From NCBI GenBank assembly GCA_000165425.1, contig CT868596.1, positions 186,001 through 250,000 on the forward strand: a stretch of 64,000 nt of DNA, read 5' to 3'. The position numbers and the translations under genes are program-made. This document shows positions 26,523-40,568 of this stretch, piece after piece. Position 1 is the stretch's first letter; each line of letters opens with the position of its first letter. Below the pieces are notes generated by a model, which saw only the letters and a list, made by a program, of their open reading frames with translations, ran no database searches and was not told where the DNA came from. The DNA comes from Paramecium tetraurelia (Eukaryota).

Positions 26523-29500
26523 ATGTTTAAGAAAAACTTATTTTTTTTCCAACTCTTTGTTCAACTTTTAGACTTTGAAAACAAGGCTTACAAACTACCA
26601 GAACACCTAGTAAATATTTTATTGTTGTAACACTCACTCATTAATATCTCCTATCTCTATCAAAGGAATGCGAAATCGTGGATCTACATATTGGTACTAA
26701 TTGCTAGACCTTAATTAATAATAAATATCGACTATTTGGACTACTTGATGCTAACTTATAGTATATTATGGATTTTCTTTTTATTCAATCAAAATTTCTA
26801 TGGGACTTCATTGATTAGTTTATTTAATTCATTATTGAAAACAGCAGTTCTCAATTTTTTACTTGAAGAAATGTAGGCTAATCTAGGATTTTCTATTGGT
26901 TTATTTGTTGTCATATAATAATTTTTGGAAGTTTTACTTATATAAGGGACACTCACTGTAAATACCATTAATTTTTAAGTCTCTTATTCAAATTACTTAA
27001 ATATCATAGATTTTATATTAAATATTCTGCTGATTTACTTTTAGTTATTTAAATTAAATTAATTACTAATATAAATATTAGCTCTAATTAAATCATGCTT
27101 TTAGTTAACTTTAATTATTTCCTATAACAACTATAGAAACAGTCTAATTAGAAAGATAATGGCGTTTACTCATTTAGCAACACTTGTATTTGGAATAATT
27201 TAATTTATTAGTTATTAACATTCCTATACATTAGTGATGCTGCCGTTATTGTTAAAAATTATACTGTAATAATAATTCTCAAATCATAATGTTGACGATC
27301 CAATTTTAAAGGCTTCTTTATTGTTAGAAGAAGGGAGGGGTTTTGAATGTTTTGTAGTTTTAAACAATTTAAAGGATTTAGGGGTTATGAGAAAGGCCAA
27401 ATGTGATTAATTATTGAAATTATGTATCGATTTAATAATTCTTAAAATATCAAAGCCTAACTAGGTTTTAAAGGGAGTGTGTTAATAGCTGATGAAAAAT
27501 GATGAATAAAACACAATACTATCAAATTAATTGAACAGTTTGATTGAAAATAAATTGTATTTGCTTCAAAATATTAAAGATATCAATTTCAAATAGCTAC
27601 TGAATTATACTGACAACGTTAACTCAATCAGTCGGCATTTGGAAAAATTACATAGTGAATAGAATAGCATGATGATCTAATCCTTAAAGGTCTTTTTTTA
27701 TGCAGAGATATTGAATGATTTGCTTAGTGCTTAATAAATTTAAAGTAGTTTTTCAACGTCTTAAGAAACGTAAATTAAATTTAATGATTCAATGTTGTCT
27801 AAGTTAATCTATTTAGTTGCCAATTACTAAAATAATAAACTCATTGTTAAATCCATATCTAGTAATGCACCAAAAACCTTTTGCAATAAAACCCTTGATG
27901 ATCTTATTCCATTAGGTGTTAGAGAATGGCATTCGTTACTAGTTGATAAATTTGTAACCGATGGTGATTCGAAATATGTTAGAAATCTATTTAACAATTA
28001 CATTACAAATGAGAATTTCATCGAAAATGTTTAATTTGCAATTGATATTTTCTATACTGATGAAGTCGATTTTGTTTGTTTATTCTAGCCCACGCTTTTG
28101 TAAACAAAAACAGTTATAATAAATCAAAACTATTAAATTACTTCAATAAGTTAAAACTTTAGTGAATTTGTCAATTTAAGTAAATATTTTCAAATAGGCA
28201 AACAGATTGATAAATTTATACCTTCAGTCACTCAAATAACTGAGAGTTGTTACTTAGAAAACATGATGGTGATGCATTCTGATCAAATTTTAAGTTCCCA
28301 AAATTTTACTGATAAAAGAGGTGAAATGAGTTATTATTGTGATGTTAGTATCACTGTTAGAATGAATAAATAGATGATGTTGTACATGATTATATAATTT
28401 GACAATTTTAAAAAATAGTTAAGCAAAAAAAATGAAGGTCAACTTACAGAATAACATATTGTATAAAAGGACACATTTGAAAAGATTCCTTACGAACTAG
28501 AAAATACTATTATTGAGGATCCTTATGAGTTTTAAGATGATTAGGATAACAGGAACTATTAGCAAAACTATTTAAACATAGACGAAAAATCGATGGTATA
28601 ATAACAAATCATTACACCTCGAGATGAGGAAGTATCACTTGTCCTATTTAAAAGAATTGCAAAAAGATTTAAATCTCAATTTAAAAAATCTTAATTTTAA
28701 GAAGAACAACATGCCTAATTTTATGATGCTCAATCTTAGGTTTCATCAATGAAATTATTAAGGAATTCTAAGTTTTATCGAAAATATGAGCTTTATAATA
28801 AATTTCTACAATACATCCCTCATTACAGACTACATAAGTTAATTATTGCAATAATGTTTCTGTTATGTTTATTTCAAATTATTTTCATGATTATTGTATT
28901 AATACATTATATATTTAGTAAGTATCAAATATGAGCCTAGTAACATTAGTTGAGGACATCAATTTATTAGAAATTAAGAATTTAATATTTTAACCTATAG
29001 AATTATTTCTGGTAACCAGATGGACATTATTTAATTATAAAAATCAATTGAACGAAAAATTAATTACTCAAGAAGAGTATACTAATAGAACAAGCTTTGC
29101 CTTATCTAACTTAGATTTGGGGTATGATTAATTGAATTCAAATATAGAATCAGTATTATACAAAAAAGAATTACAGACATTATTGTAAGGTAAACATTTT
29201 TATGCTTATCAATACTTGGATTCCTACAAAGATGAATAATATAACATGTCTTTAAGAACAGCAATCTAAGTTCTATTGAATTTTTAATATACACTTAAAA
29301 TGAATTATAAAATTGAAAAAACTGTTGTTTTAGATTCTCCATAAGCCTTTTATGGCTATAAGAACTATAAGGTATTAAATGACATCGCTTAATAACTTAA
29401 TCTAGATGTAATATCATAAACACAAACTAGGGCAAGTTTGATTCAAGGAAACATTAAAACAATCCTAGCAATTAATTAATCTTTGCTTTTATTCTTATTA

Positions 29501-30625
29501 CTCTTAATTTTGATTTTGTAACTAATAATTGATAAAAGATTAAAATAATTTATCAATCTCAAGTAATATATTGATGAGAGGGAGCTAGAACTTGAAATTA
29601 GGAAATATTAATAATGTTTAAGTAAAATTAAGATAGATAATTCTTTTAAATTTTAATATCGACTAAATATGGAGCTTAAGGAATAATAATTTCAATCAAT
29701 TTCAAATAGCAACATTTAAACTAAAATTAAGTTTTAAAAGTTTTCTAACAATTCTGTATTTAAGTACAGTATAATTATATCTGCAATATATATTATATTT
29801 TCTCTGAATCAGTTTGTGATGTATTTTTTATAAAATGACTTTCTATAAAAATATCCAGACACTACCTATTATTTATAAGGAATTTCTAATTTGGGTGTCG
29901 ATTTTCCATGTATGTTTGCATAGCGTGAAGTATTGTATGAAAGGAATAGGATAATTTATTTAACTTAAGAAGATTTTGATGATATTTACGAAAGAGTTAT
30001 ATTAGCTTTGAACAATACTGCAGATTTTGAATCATATCAAAGAGATTTTTCCAAGTATATATTTTCTGTATAATCTAGAATATTGATATCGAAAAAGTAT
30101 GAGGATTATTACAAACAACTAGAAGTATCAAATCTGTGTGACTATATTCCCATTAATTTGAAGGAAAAAAGTTAATTTTTATGCCCTTAAATCTTTAATG
30201 AGAATATGTTACTCGGTTTAAAGGCGGTGTTAATTTACAGTTATAATTTAATTGCAAAAGAAATTGAAATTAACAAATTTACTCAAAGATCATCCATTGT
30301 ATAAAATGAATTAGATGGAGTTTTTATTTTATCTTAGATCATTAAGGAAGTAAATACATAATTTGTAGAGGATCTAAAAGATCAAACCAATTAATTAGTA
30401 CAAATTTTTTATGTAAACATACTTTTATTGATTTATTAGATAATAAACATTTGTTATATAGTGTCAGTTTCAATGATAATTTTGGTATGGACACCAAAAT
30501 TGGTTATAAAATTCATTAATAGTTCAAAATAAATTGTGTAGTTTATTTAGATTTTACCAAGTTATTCTCTCTTTACAAATGATTAGTTTGAAAGAATTTT
30601 GAGAACCTTTATAAATTAAAAATGA
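26523..30625 (+). CDS. Large multi-TM protein with PAS-like domain (TmcB/TmcC-like), paralogue 1
   Basis: N-terminal TM bundle, PAS-like SSNAP..DDLIPLGVREWH..VDKFVTDGDSKY, later TM segments, C-terminal LFTNDQFERILRT; two introns in the 3' part. Confidence 0.8.
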
Positions 30626-30827
30626 TATTATTAATACCATTATTGGTTTTTAGAATTTCAATTTATCCTACATTTTTCAATATAAAATTTGTAGAGTCAA
30701 TAATTAATTATGTAATTAATGTGTGTATTTTTTAAATAATTGTTATAAAAATTTGATATAGGGTATTTAATGAGTATAATTAGACTGCTAATGTAAATCC
30801 CTTTATTCCTATAAATTAAATAAATAA

Positions 30828-33800
30828 ATGATCCTAGTCAATGCACTCATGACAAAATTACTGACAAAATACTTAGAGTACGATGATAAAGCTTATACAT
30901 TGCCAGAGAAGTTTACAAACATTCTTTTTATGGTTTCCTCTCTATTGAATATGTCATATATATACTACGAGAATCATTCTTCTTGGTTGTACATTTTAGC
31001 ATTAATTGCAAGACCATCCATTATAATTTAAATACCAGATTTTTACATTTTTGGGATTTTGTTCGTGCTTTTGCATTCTTTTTATATATTTAAACCAAAC
31101 CTTATAGGAGGTAGTATAGTAAGTTTAATAAATTCCTTGATGAAAGTGGGATTGATGAATTTTGTGTTTGAGTAATTTAATGATATTTAAGGATAAATCA
31201 TTGGTGGAATTATATTGTTTTTTTACATATTTGAAATTTTGTTCGTTTAGGGAACACTCAACATAGAAACTAAAAACTTTTAAAGAACAGAAATAACATT
31301 ATTTTATGTTCTCTAGACAATTATGAACATTTTACTCATGATTCTCTATAAATTATAATATCATCTCAGAATTATTCAAATTTTAGCAATTATGAATTCA
31401 GCCATATCAGGGTTGGATTTAATAATGCTTAAAAATTAGAGAAACTCCTCACTTAGATTAGTAATGATTTCAATTTAGTTAATAACATTATATGTTGGAA
31501 TAATTTAATTTATTCATTATGAGAATTCCTTCTCATTAATAATTATACCTTTTGTATTGAGAATAGTGACAACATTCAAGTTATCTGACTATATCTTCTG
31601 CGACGATCAAATTATTAATGCATCTATATTATTATAATAAAGAAAGTTTTATGAGTGTTTTTTAATATTAAATAAGGTTAAGGATGATCAATTTGTAAGG
31701 TAGTTGAAGCGAAATTTACTATTGAAGAAATGTGTAAATTAAATAAACTCTGACTTTCAAATAACTTCGTAAGCTCAACAGTCATTCGGTTTGGCTTAAA
31801 AACTTATTTAAAATGATATTAAAAATATAATAATACTTAATGATATTAAGAAATTACTATTACAAAAAATACAATTATTGTAAAATTGGAAAACCAATAA
31901 ATTTTAGTAGCTTTACACATATATTGAGTCATTGCTTAAATTAAAACATTTAATAGACAACTACTATTTAAAGGAACCGAATAATATAGTTTAAGCATTA
32001 ATTTGTTTCTTTTATGTAGAAATATTAAATGATTTCCTTGAAGCCAATGATATAATAATCCATGCTAAGAAATCTACCGAGCTATGTTATACTGAATATG
32101 TACCTAATAAGAATATGTTTTACGTTGTGACCAAATATGAAAATCAAGAATTATAAATGAGTAAAGTTTCTAGTAATGCACCATCCTATGTTTGTAATAG
32201 ATAATTGGCAGACTTAATTCCTAATGGCATAAAAGAATGGCATGATAAAATAGTTAACGAATTCATAAAAATTGGGAAATCTAAATACATTAGATAACAA
32301 AATGAAAACTACATCAATCATGGTTAATTTATTGATTCTGTTGACTTTGCGATCGACATCACTTATTCTAATGAGTTAAATTTTATATCTCTTATAACTC
32401 AGATTCCTCAAGAGCATTTAACCATAATAGTAAATGATAAATACCTAATTACTAACATAACAAATAAAGTGAGTTAAACTAGTAAATATTAAGACTTTTT
32501 TCAAAAAGGAATGCAAATTACTTAAATATTCCCTAATTTACAAGATATTAAAAGCAGTTGTTTTTTAGAAAATGTATAAATAAATCAATCTAAATTATAA
32601 TCTTCATTATTTGATTTACAAGAAGATATCTCTTATTTTTGTAGTTTGAATATCAATTTAAAAATGATTGAAAATAAAATGATATATATGATTATTCAGT
32701 TGGAAAATTTATCTAAAACCTAATAAAATATTTTGAGTTCTACCAAGAAAGAAATCAAGACATTTGAATCAAAATCTAGTTAATGTTTTAGTGTAGCCGA
32801 TGAAGGGGATCCTTTACTTCAAGCTAATATTATAAGTGAAGAAATAGTGGGCAGAACTTTGCTTATACAAAGTAAATTATTTAATCAGGAGAACATCTAA
32901 AATGAAATTCAATGCGATAATTTTCAATTATAACTTGTTTCTCCTTAAACTGAGCCTGATAATAACCCATTAATTGTTCAAGATAAAAAGAATAGTAAGA
33001 TACAATCCATCAAATCAATGCCAATAGTAGGGAATGATAGAATACATAAAAAGATTCTCGATTTAAAAAAGGATGAGTTATTCGATAGAGAAGATAAATC
33101 TTAGGTATCTTCGATTAAAATGTTGAGAAACTCTAAATTTTTTCGAAAATATGACCTCTACAACAAATTTAATAAGCATACCCCAATGAAAAGGTATCAT
33201 TAATTAGTAATATTCCTTTTTCTTTTATGTTTGATTGTACAAGGATTCTTTGTCATAATTGTAATATTTAAATATATCTTAGCATTTGACGAGTTTGAAT
33301 TTGGTTGCATTTGCAGATGATATTCATTTGTTGGAAATCAAAAATCTATTTTTTCAGCCACTCGATATGTTCGTAGTGACTAGATGGAATTTATGGACTT
33401 ATAATGTTTAAAAGACTAATGGGATTATAACTTAAGAAGAATATAACACAGTATCAAAGTTTGCTACCTCCAATTTAGGTTTGGGATTTGATTCTTTGAA
33501 TGGGAATTTAAAATCTGTCCTCAATCGATAAGAATTGTAAAGCTTACTCTAAAGTAAATATATAGAATCTTATGCTTACTTGGATTCCTATAAATCTGAA
33601 AAGTATAACATGACTTTAAGAACTGCTATTTCAGTTTTGTTAAGCTTTTAATACATCTTAAAGATGAATTATGTATATGAAAAATAAGCTAAACCAGATA
33701 GTCCTTAAGTGTTTTATAGTTTTAAGAATTATCCGACATTGAGAGATATTATGACTCAATTAAATTAGGATATCATGACAGAAACCTTAAATCGTGGTGA

Positions 33801-34988
33801 GAATTTCTAAGACGAACTTAAAACTCTTTTTTTATTGGAGTAGATATTTCTAATTTTGATCGTGATGATTAACTTTTTTGTTAGGACCTTAATAAATAAA
33901 AAACTAATGCTATTTTTATAGTTGAGTCAATATTACGATGAGGATGCAATTTAAAAGGAGATCCAAAAAAGCAAATTGCTATTGGATTAATTATTGGATG
34001 ACAATTCATACATTTTTAATTATAATCTATAATTGGATGAAAAGGAAGAAAAGCTTATAAACAATAAAGTAGATTAAGGAAATAGAATGTTTAAGTGTTA
34101 GAGAAAGAAAAAAATACCAATATAGAGATTCTTACTTGTATCAGTATTGTTATATGCATTCGTTACTCTGAATAGTATAATCAATTTCATTGAATACTCG
34201 GAGTATCTGGATAAATATCCTAAGACATCTCTTTTCAAAAAATAGATTGGTGATTTAGGAGGGGATATACCTTTGATGTTTGCACAAAGAGAAGTGCTCT
34301 ATGGCAGACAAAATTATATATATTTAGATGCAGCATACTTTGATAAAATGTGGTTTTACATAAATGAATCTTTGGCTAACACTTTGAAATATACCTCGTA
34401 GGAATTTGATTTCTCTAAGTAAATTTATATATTCTATAGAAGCATGCTTGTGACTGATTCATTTACTGAATTTTATGACAGCGTTCAGATTGGTGATCTG
34501 TGCACTTTTTTGCCAGATTATCTAAAAGAAAAATCTAAGGATTTGTGTCCAACCATCATGAATTAGAATATGAAATATGGATTGAAAGCTATATTGGTTT
34601 ATATTGAAAACTTGATTTAAGTTGATATGGCTATAAACAATTTTACTTACAGGGCAGTTCCAACATAAAATGAATTAGAAGGAGCATTTATGATTTCGAA
34701 TATAATCAATGTAATAAATTCCAATTTCTATAATGATCTAATTTAGCTAACCACTGACTTAGTAAATTAACAAAAAGTAATAAACTCATAATAATATATT
34801 AATAGATTTTTAACATTTTCTATTTAATACTGCTCACCTTGATTATGATAATTGTAATTACCTTCTTTAAGTAAAAACTATTCGAGAACAGCCAAATTAT
34901 TATTCATTTTGTTTACTTAGTTCCTTCTTAAACCTTATTCATAGATGATACATTTGAAAGAACTATGAGAACCCTAATAAATTTTTGA
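30828..34988 (+). CDS. Large multi-TM protein with PAS-like domain (TmcB/TmcC-like), paralogue 2
   Basis: Colinear with the upstream gene: KAYTLPE, IARP, SSNAP..DLIPNGIKEWH, SQVSSIKMLRNSKFFRKYDLYNKF, LLGFLQ, DDTFERTMRT. Confidence 0.8.
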
Positions 34989-35409
34989 ATATATTTTCTA
35001 TCTAAAATTTCATACAAAAAGATCTCACATAATCATTTTACACATTATACTATAACTTTCCTGTAATGTCTTTATAATTGAGTATTGCATCTATTGATTA
35101 TCAAAAATTTGTCAATATATAAAGGTTGACCATTATTCAGTAAATGCCAAATTTTTGTTGAAAGAATTAAAATGTTAATTCGAAAATCCTGTCAAAATTA
35201 TAATAATCATAATCTTAAATATTATACAATTAAATTGCATAACACGAACCGCTATAACTATTAAAATTACTAATATTATTATTTCGATTTGATATGTTAT
35301 CCTCAGAAAATCATATTGTTTTCATTTTTATGTTAAGAAATATAATATATCTATACTAACTAATTACTATAATCCTATAATACATAAAACATTATCTAAT
35401 ATTTTAATA

Positions 35410-36337
35410 TCAATCTATCCAATCTACCTATTTGTTTTCTTTTATTTTATTTTGCTCACATAATTCTTCAAGTTATTTTATTATCTAATCTATCATTGGA
35501 CGCACACTTTGAGATGGGTGAATCATTTATTTCATTAAAGATAAAACAGATTTGTCTATTGCGATCTTTTCGATTTTATTTAATATCTCTGCTTAATCAA
35601 CTCCATAATTCATTATTTGATCTCTTATTTTCTCTCCTTCAAACATAATTATATAGAAGTACCTTCAAACAATTACTCCTTTGTGAAGATTTCATAAAAT
35701 ACACATCCCAACGACCATATATCCACTTTATTATTTATGATCACTTTATCTTGAATCATTTCTATAGCCTAAAAAGCTGGAGTTCCAATATTCTATATTA
35801 TTTCTTAATTTTAAGTTCTCACAAACCCCATATCACATAACTTGAATGAGTTATCAATTAATAAAAAGTTCTCAGGTTTGATGTCACAATGAATCAAACC
35901 GAGCGAATGAAATTCTTGAACACAGTAACTAATCTTTAGATTGCAAACAGAATTACCTTTTTACAAAGGTTTATCTTTTCTGAATCTAAAAAGTTTTATT
36001 ATTATTGAATGTATCTATAAAGATCTAAAGTACCTAATTCCATTACAATTATGTAATATTTTTCATATTCAAAATGATCAAAAAACCTTATTATGTGTTT
36101 ATGGGTTTATTTCTCTATTAGTTTATTGATTATATCAATCTCATTCTAACTTCTTCTAAATAGCAATTTAAGAGCGACTAATTTCTCAATTTTCATTTAA
36201 TGAATCTGGACAGCTTCAAATACATAACCTTCATAACCCTCTCCAATTATCTTTCTGAATTAATATTACTTATCAGGTTTATTAATATTCGATATAGTTT
36301 TGTTGATGAAATATCGAGGAGTAATTCTTTGCTGCAT
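35410..36337 (-). CDS. Divergent non-RD Ser/Thr protein kinase
   Basis: IGEGYEGYV, VALK, VMELG, IHCDIKPENFL, KLCDMGF, IGTPAFQAIE, VDIWSLGCVFYE; one 23-nt intron. Confidence 0.85.
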
Positions 36338-36653
36338 GTATTTTAAAAATAATTCTAAAAATATAATTTCTAAATTAGTTAATTATTATAAATAAAAACA
36401 TTGAATTCTCTAACAAATACAACCATATTGCTCACTTATATATTTGATGGATATATGTTGGAAATCTCTTTCTTTGTTAACATAAATTTCAATTGAAAGA
36501 GCTAATGAATTTGAGTATAAACATCGTATCTACTAGTTTAAAGTGAAAATTACATTAAATTGTTATTATGCTAGAGCTAATTAAATAGGAAGTTTATGGT
36601 TATACTAAATATATTAAATAACAATTGACATATCAATATATATATAATCTATT

Positions 36654-38130
36654 TCACAAATCATCATGATGTCCTCCTTTACTATCATCATGGAATTCAT
36701 AATTTGAATGTTCCTTAATAAAGGAGATCAATCTTTCCCTTTGTATTTTATTAACCTTTTGGATGAACTTGGCGTAGTTTTTGTTTCCTTTGTATAATCT
36801 GATCTTATAGATATCTGTGGGGTCTGAGAAATCACTGAATTCATTTTGAGTTACATCTGCAACAGCAAATTTGACTTTGCTTATTTGAGTGATCAACTTG
36901 GCTATTTCAGCGAATTCAGGTAGGAGGGATAGACTAGAATAAATAGATTGATTACTGTTCAGAGTCATACGAATTGTAATAAAAAATGACCCAATCCTCC
37001 GGTGAGTTGATAACTTTTTAATAAGAATTGCCTGTGAGTATTTCAACATGTTGTGAATAATTTGGATTATCCAATTTTTAAGATTTGTAATGTTTTTGAG
37101 CTTTTCCATTTTTGAAATCAAGAATAAATTAGTCTATATTCTGTTTAGTAAATGCTGAGTTGAATTTGTATTTATAGACTCCGTATTTTTGTAGACCAAA
37201 TAGGGCTGGTGTTCCAGTGAAATCACCGATTTATTTTTGGAGTTCAGGGAACAATTGATTAGTGACACTGCATTTAATAAACAAAAGGTGATCTTCATGA
37301 GGGTGATCAAGACTAATGGATTTGAGTGCATCATGAGCATTTCTGTCCTTCATTTGTGTTTCATCAACCAATAATATGAGTGTGGATCTGTCTTGTTTGA
37401 AGATCTTCTTGGCAACATCTTCGTTATATTCTTAGAGTCTCTGGAACCAGTTGGTTTCAATGAAGGCCTTTAAATCAGCAACCTTAATCTACTTTGGTTG
37501 ATAAACGACTGGAGATTTGTCATATTTCTTGTAGGCGACCAAAGAATCAGTAGGACCAAACCCTAATTCTTATTACACATTTTCGATAAAGGTGTGATAG
37601 AATTCCAGATTTCCATATGCATGACTATAATCCTTGTATCTTTTGTATCCTCTGTCCTCTTGGTTTTCAGCCATGTAGAGAAACATCAATTGGCTTGAGG
37701 ATATCTGATCTCTGATTTATTGGATGGTTGTCAATTCCTTGGTGCCTGGATTAAGTTGTTCATACATCCACATGATAACACTGTCACTGGTTCTGGGTCC
37801 TTCGAATTTCTTGTATTTTTTGCCATGCTCCTGGGACAAGATCACAGAAGGAAATCCATTGACTTCGAATTGTTTGGCTATGTCTTTATGATTGTGGCCA
37901 TCAACTTTGGCAAAGACGAAGCCCTCTTCTTTTAATTGCTTGGCTGCCTTTTCGACTTCAGGCTGGAATCTTTCGCAATGGCCACATTGAGGAGTGTAGA
38001 AGAAGATCATGGAGATTTCATTTTTATCGAAGAATTGTTTGGAATTCTTGTCAAAGACTACGTGTAAATCATTTTCCTCTTTTGCTTGAGCATAGAGAAT
38101 CAAAATAGATAACGCAATTTGGAAATACAT
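36654..38130 (-). CDS. PDI: Protein disulfide isomerase family protein, ER
   Basis: Signal peptide MYFQIALSILILYAQA, FYTPQCGHC active site, FEVNGFPSV cis-Pro loop, further thioredoxin-like folds, C-terminal HDDL. Confidence 0.9.
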
Positions 38131-38174
38131 AAATTAAAAATGTATACGTATGTTTCTAGAATATTTTAATAATT
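38131..38174. promoter_or_regulatory. 44-nt head-to-head intergenic region between PDI and the SET gene
   Basis: Divergent start codons at 38130(-) and 38175(+); palindromes ATACGTAT and TTCTAGAA (HSE-like TTC-ta-GAA-ta-TTT). Confidence 0.5.
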
Positions 38175-39721
38175 ATGTTACTTTAAATCTGTGTTCTGGC
38201 AATCGCTCTTTCATTATCCTTGGCCTAAGAAGATTCAGAATATGAACTAAAGACTAAGTCGAAACGTTAAACATATGATGACCCAGTATTAACTCTATTT
38301 TGAATAGGCAGGATCCTTATAGAAACCTGATTTAGTGGTTGAAGGATGGCAAAGCAGAAGTCTCTAAAGTGTAAATCGAAGTCAAGAGCGAAGGTTATAG
38401 GACACTCAGGGCATCTCAATTTATTCGTTAAGGAGAGTGGGTACTCTTCATTCCTCGCACTCACTATCTTTCATTGGAGGAAGTCAAGAAGAGTTGTCTC
38501 ATCAACAGAAAGATGATTCAACTCAACTACATCCCCAACAACATCCAGACCTACTTTGTTAATCACTTACTTCAGGAGAATAGAAGGTAAATGGAGTATT
38601 CCATTCAAATAGACAAAATTCCTTTTGGAAACCCTACATCGACGTGTTGCCAAAAGACGTGAGTGGATTTCCAACCTACTTTGATGCAGAGTAAGATGCA
38701 CTACTGAAGGGATCCCCAACTCTATTCACAGTCATGAATCAAAGAAAAATATTCAGAGAGGAATACGATAATCTGAAGGAGGCCGTGAAAGAATTCTAAA
38801 GATACGGATATACCTACAATGATTTCATTAAATTCAGAATTCTCACCATATCTCGTAGTTTCCCTGTCTACATAGGTGAGAATGAATAACAGTAATTATT
38901 GGTTCCTTTGGCTGGTATATATTACCATTTAGACTAGACTTCGTCAATCACGACAATAATGGATTTCTGTAATATGGGTATTCTCCAGATGCAGATGGAT
39001 TCTTTATGTAGGCAGTCAGAAATATTTAAAAAGGAGAAGAACTATTTTATAATTACGGTCAATGGTCAAACAAATACTTTTTTATGAATTACGGTTTTGC
39101 CAGTCTGACAAATCCAATGAATCAATTTGACTTTGATGTTTGTTTGGATAGAAATGACAGGTTGTTCAATCTCAAAGTCGATTTGACTGGAGGAAACATC
39201 TGTTGGGGAAATAGACTAGTCAATGAAACTGATCACGACACTTTCAGACAAGCATTGGCTACTGTCAGATTTGCTTAAATATCTAAATTGGATGATTTCT
39301 TATAATTGGAGGAAGATGTTGAAAACTACAATTAATTTTGGCCAGGATGGCACACTACACCAAAAACTATTGCCTTAGAAAAGGCTACATTCAAGGCCTT
39401 TAAAGAATTACTAGTTTCTGAATTGGCTAATTTTGCTAGTTCTATTGAAGATGATCAAAGAAGATTGAATGATCCTTCCACTCCGGAGTTTAGAAGACAT
39501 ATCATTATGTTGACTATGAGGGAAAAGTAAATCATTAAGAAGAACATTGAAGTTTGTGATATGATGTTGTCTGTTATTGATAAGACTTCAGAAGTATTCA
39601 TTCATTATTATAAATTTAGTAATTAAAGGATTTAATGAGATATTACAATTACAGAGAAATAGCACGATTTGTAAATAGCGAAATCATTCCAATGAAATTA
39701 GAAGAAGAAGGACTTGCATGA
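38175..39721 (+). CDS. SET-domain methyltransferase (SETD3/Rubisco-LSMT type) with N-terminal signal peptide
   Basis: GYRTLRASQFIRQGEWVLFIP, SFWKPYIDVLP, TISRSF, LLVPLADFVNH, IQKGEELFYNYG..SNKYFFMNYGF, LSMT-like C-terminal domain SSIEDDQRRL..MREKQII; 4 tiny introns. Confidence 0.9.
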
Positions 39722-40568
39722 TTAATATAATGTTTAATAAATATATATATTACCATTAAAATTGTCTTTTTCTATTTCAGAATTTTCAATTATAAAATTT
39801 ATAAGTTTTTTGATGTTGAATAGTTGAAAGAAAAGACAAAATAAGATGATGAAAGGTATGAAAGGAGGAGAACATCACCTTAGGCATTGAGAAGGAATAG
39901 GTGTTAAATTTATTGGCTAAGGTATAATATTTACTGTATTAGAGAAAAAGAGGTTATTAATAGGAGTTTAGAAGAAAGATGTATTAATAATATGAGCAGT
40001 TTTTTGAGAAAGTTATCTTTAAATCAAAGGATTGATAAAAACGACTAAGAAAATGATGAAATTGCAATAAAAGAATTGATTGATTGATTGTTATGAGCGA
40101 TGCAATAAAAAAGATGGGGAATAGAGAAAAACCGAGAAAGTTGAATAAATCAATGTTCAATGAAGTAATCCCTCAACTATAGACTTAATTAATATACTAA
40201 AATATAAGCAGAAATCTACAAGTTCATTGTTATATAAAATAATAAATTGAAGCTTGTCATTCAATATATAAATGATAAGAATGATTACAAACATAAAGAA
40301 ATACAAGAAACTAAATATTAAAATGAAGTTATTCAAAAGAATATATCTGGTTTATTCATAGAATTAATATATACAGGAGTTATTAAAAATAAGAGAAATA
40401 CAAAATATTTGAAATTTTATAAAGGATGAATTATAAAGTTTATAATAATTTAAATAGGAATTTTATAAATTTTTAGCGAAGGAAAAGAAGGTCATTGATT
40501 TATAATTTAGAATAAATTTAAAGATCTTTATATCATTCTTTAGTAATATACAAATTATTCAATCATCT

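Noticed and set aside
35794..35823. GT..AG 30-nt segment in the kinase, considered as an intron
   Set aside because: It is in frame and encodes the activation loop (VRTQNQEIIQ) needed between DMG and GTP.
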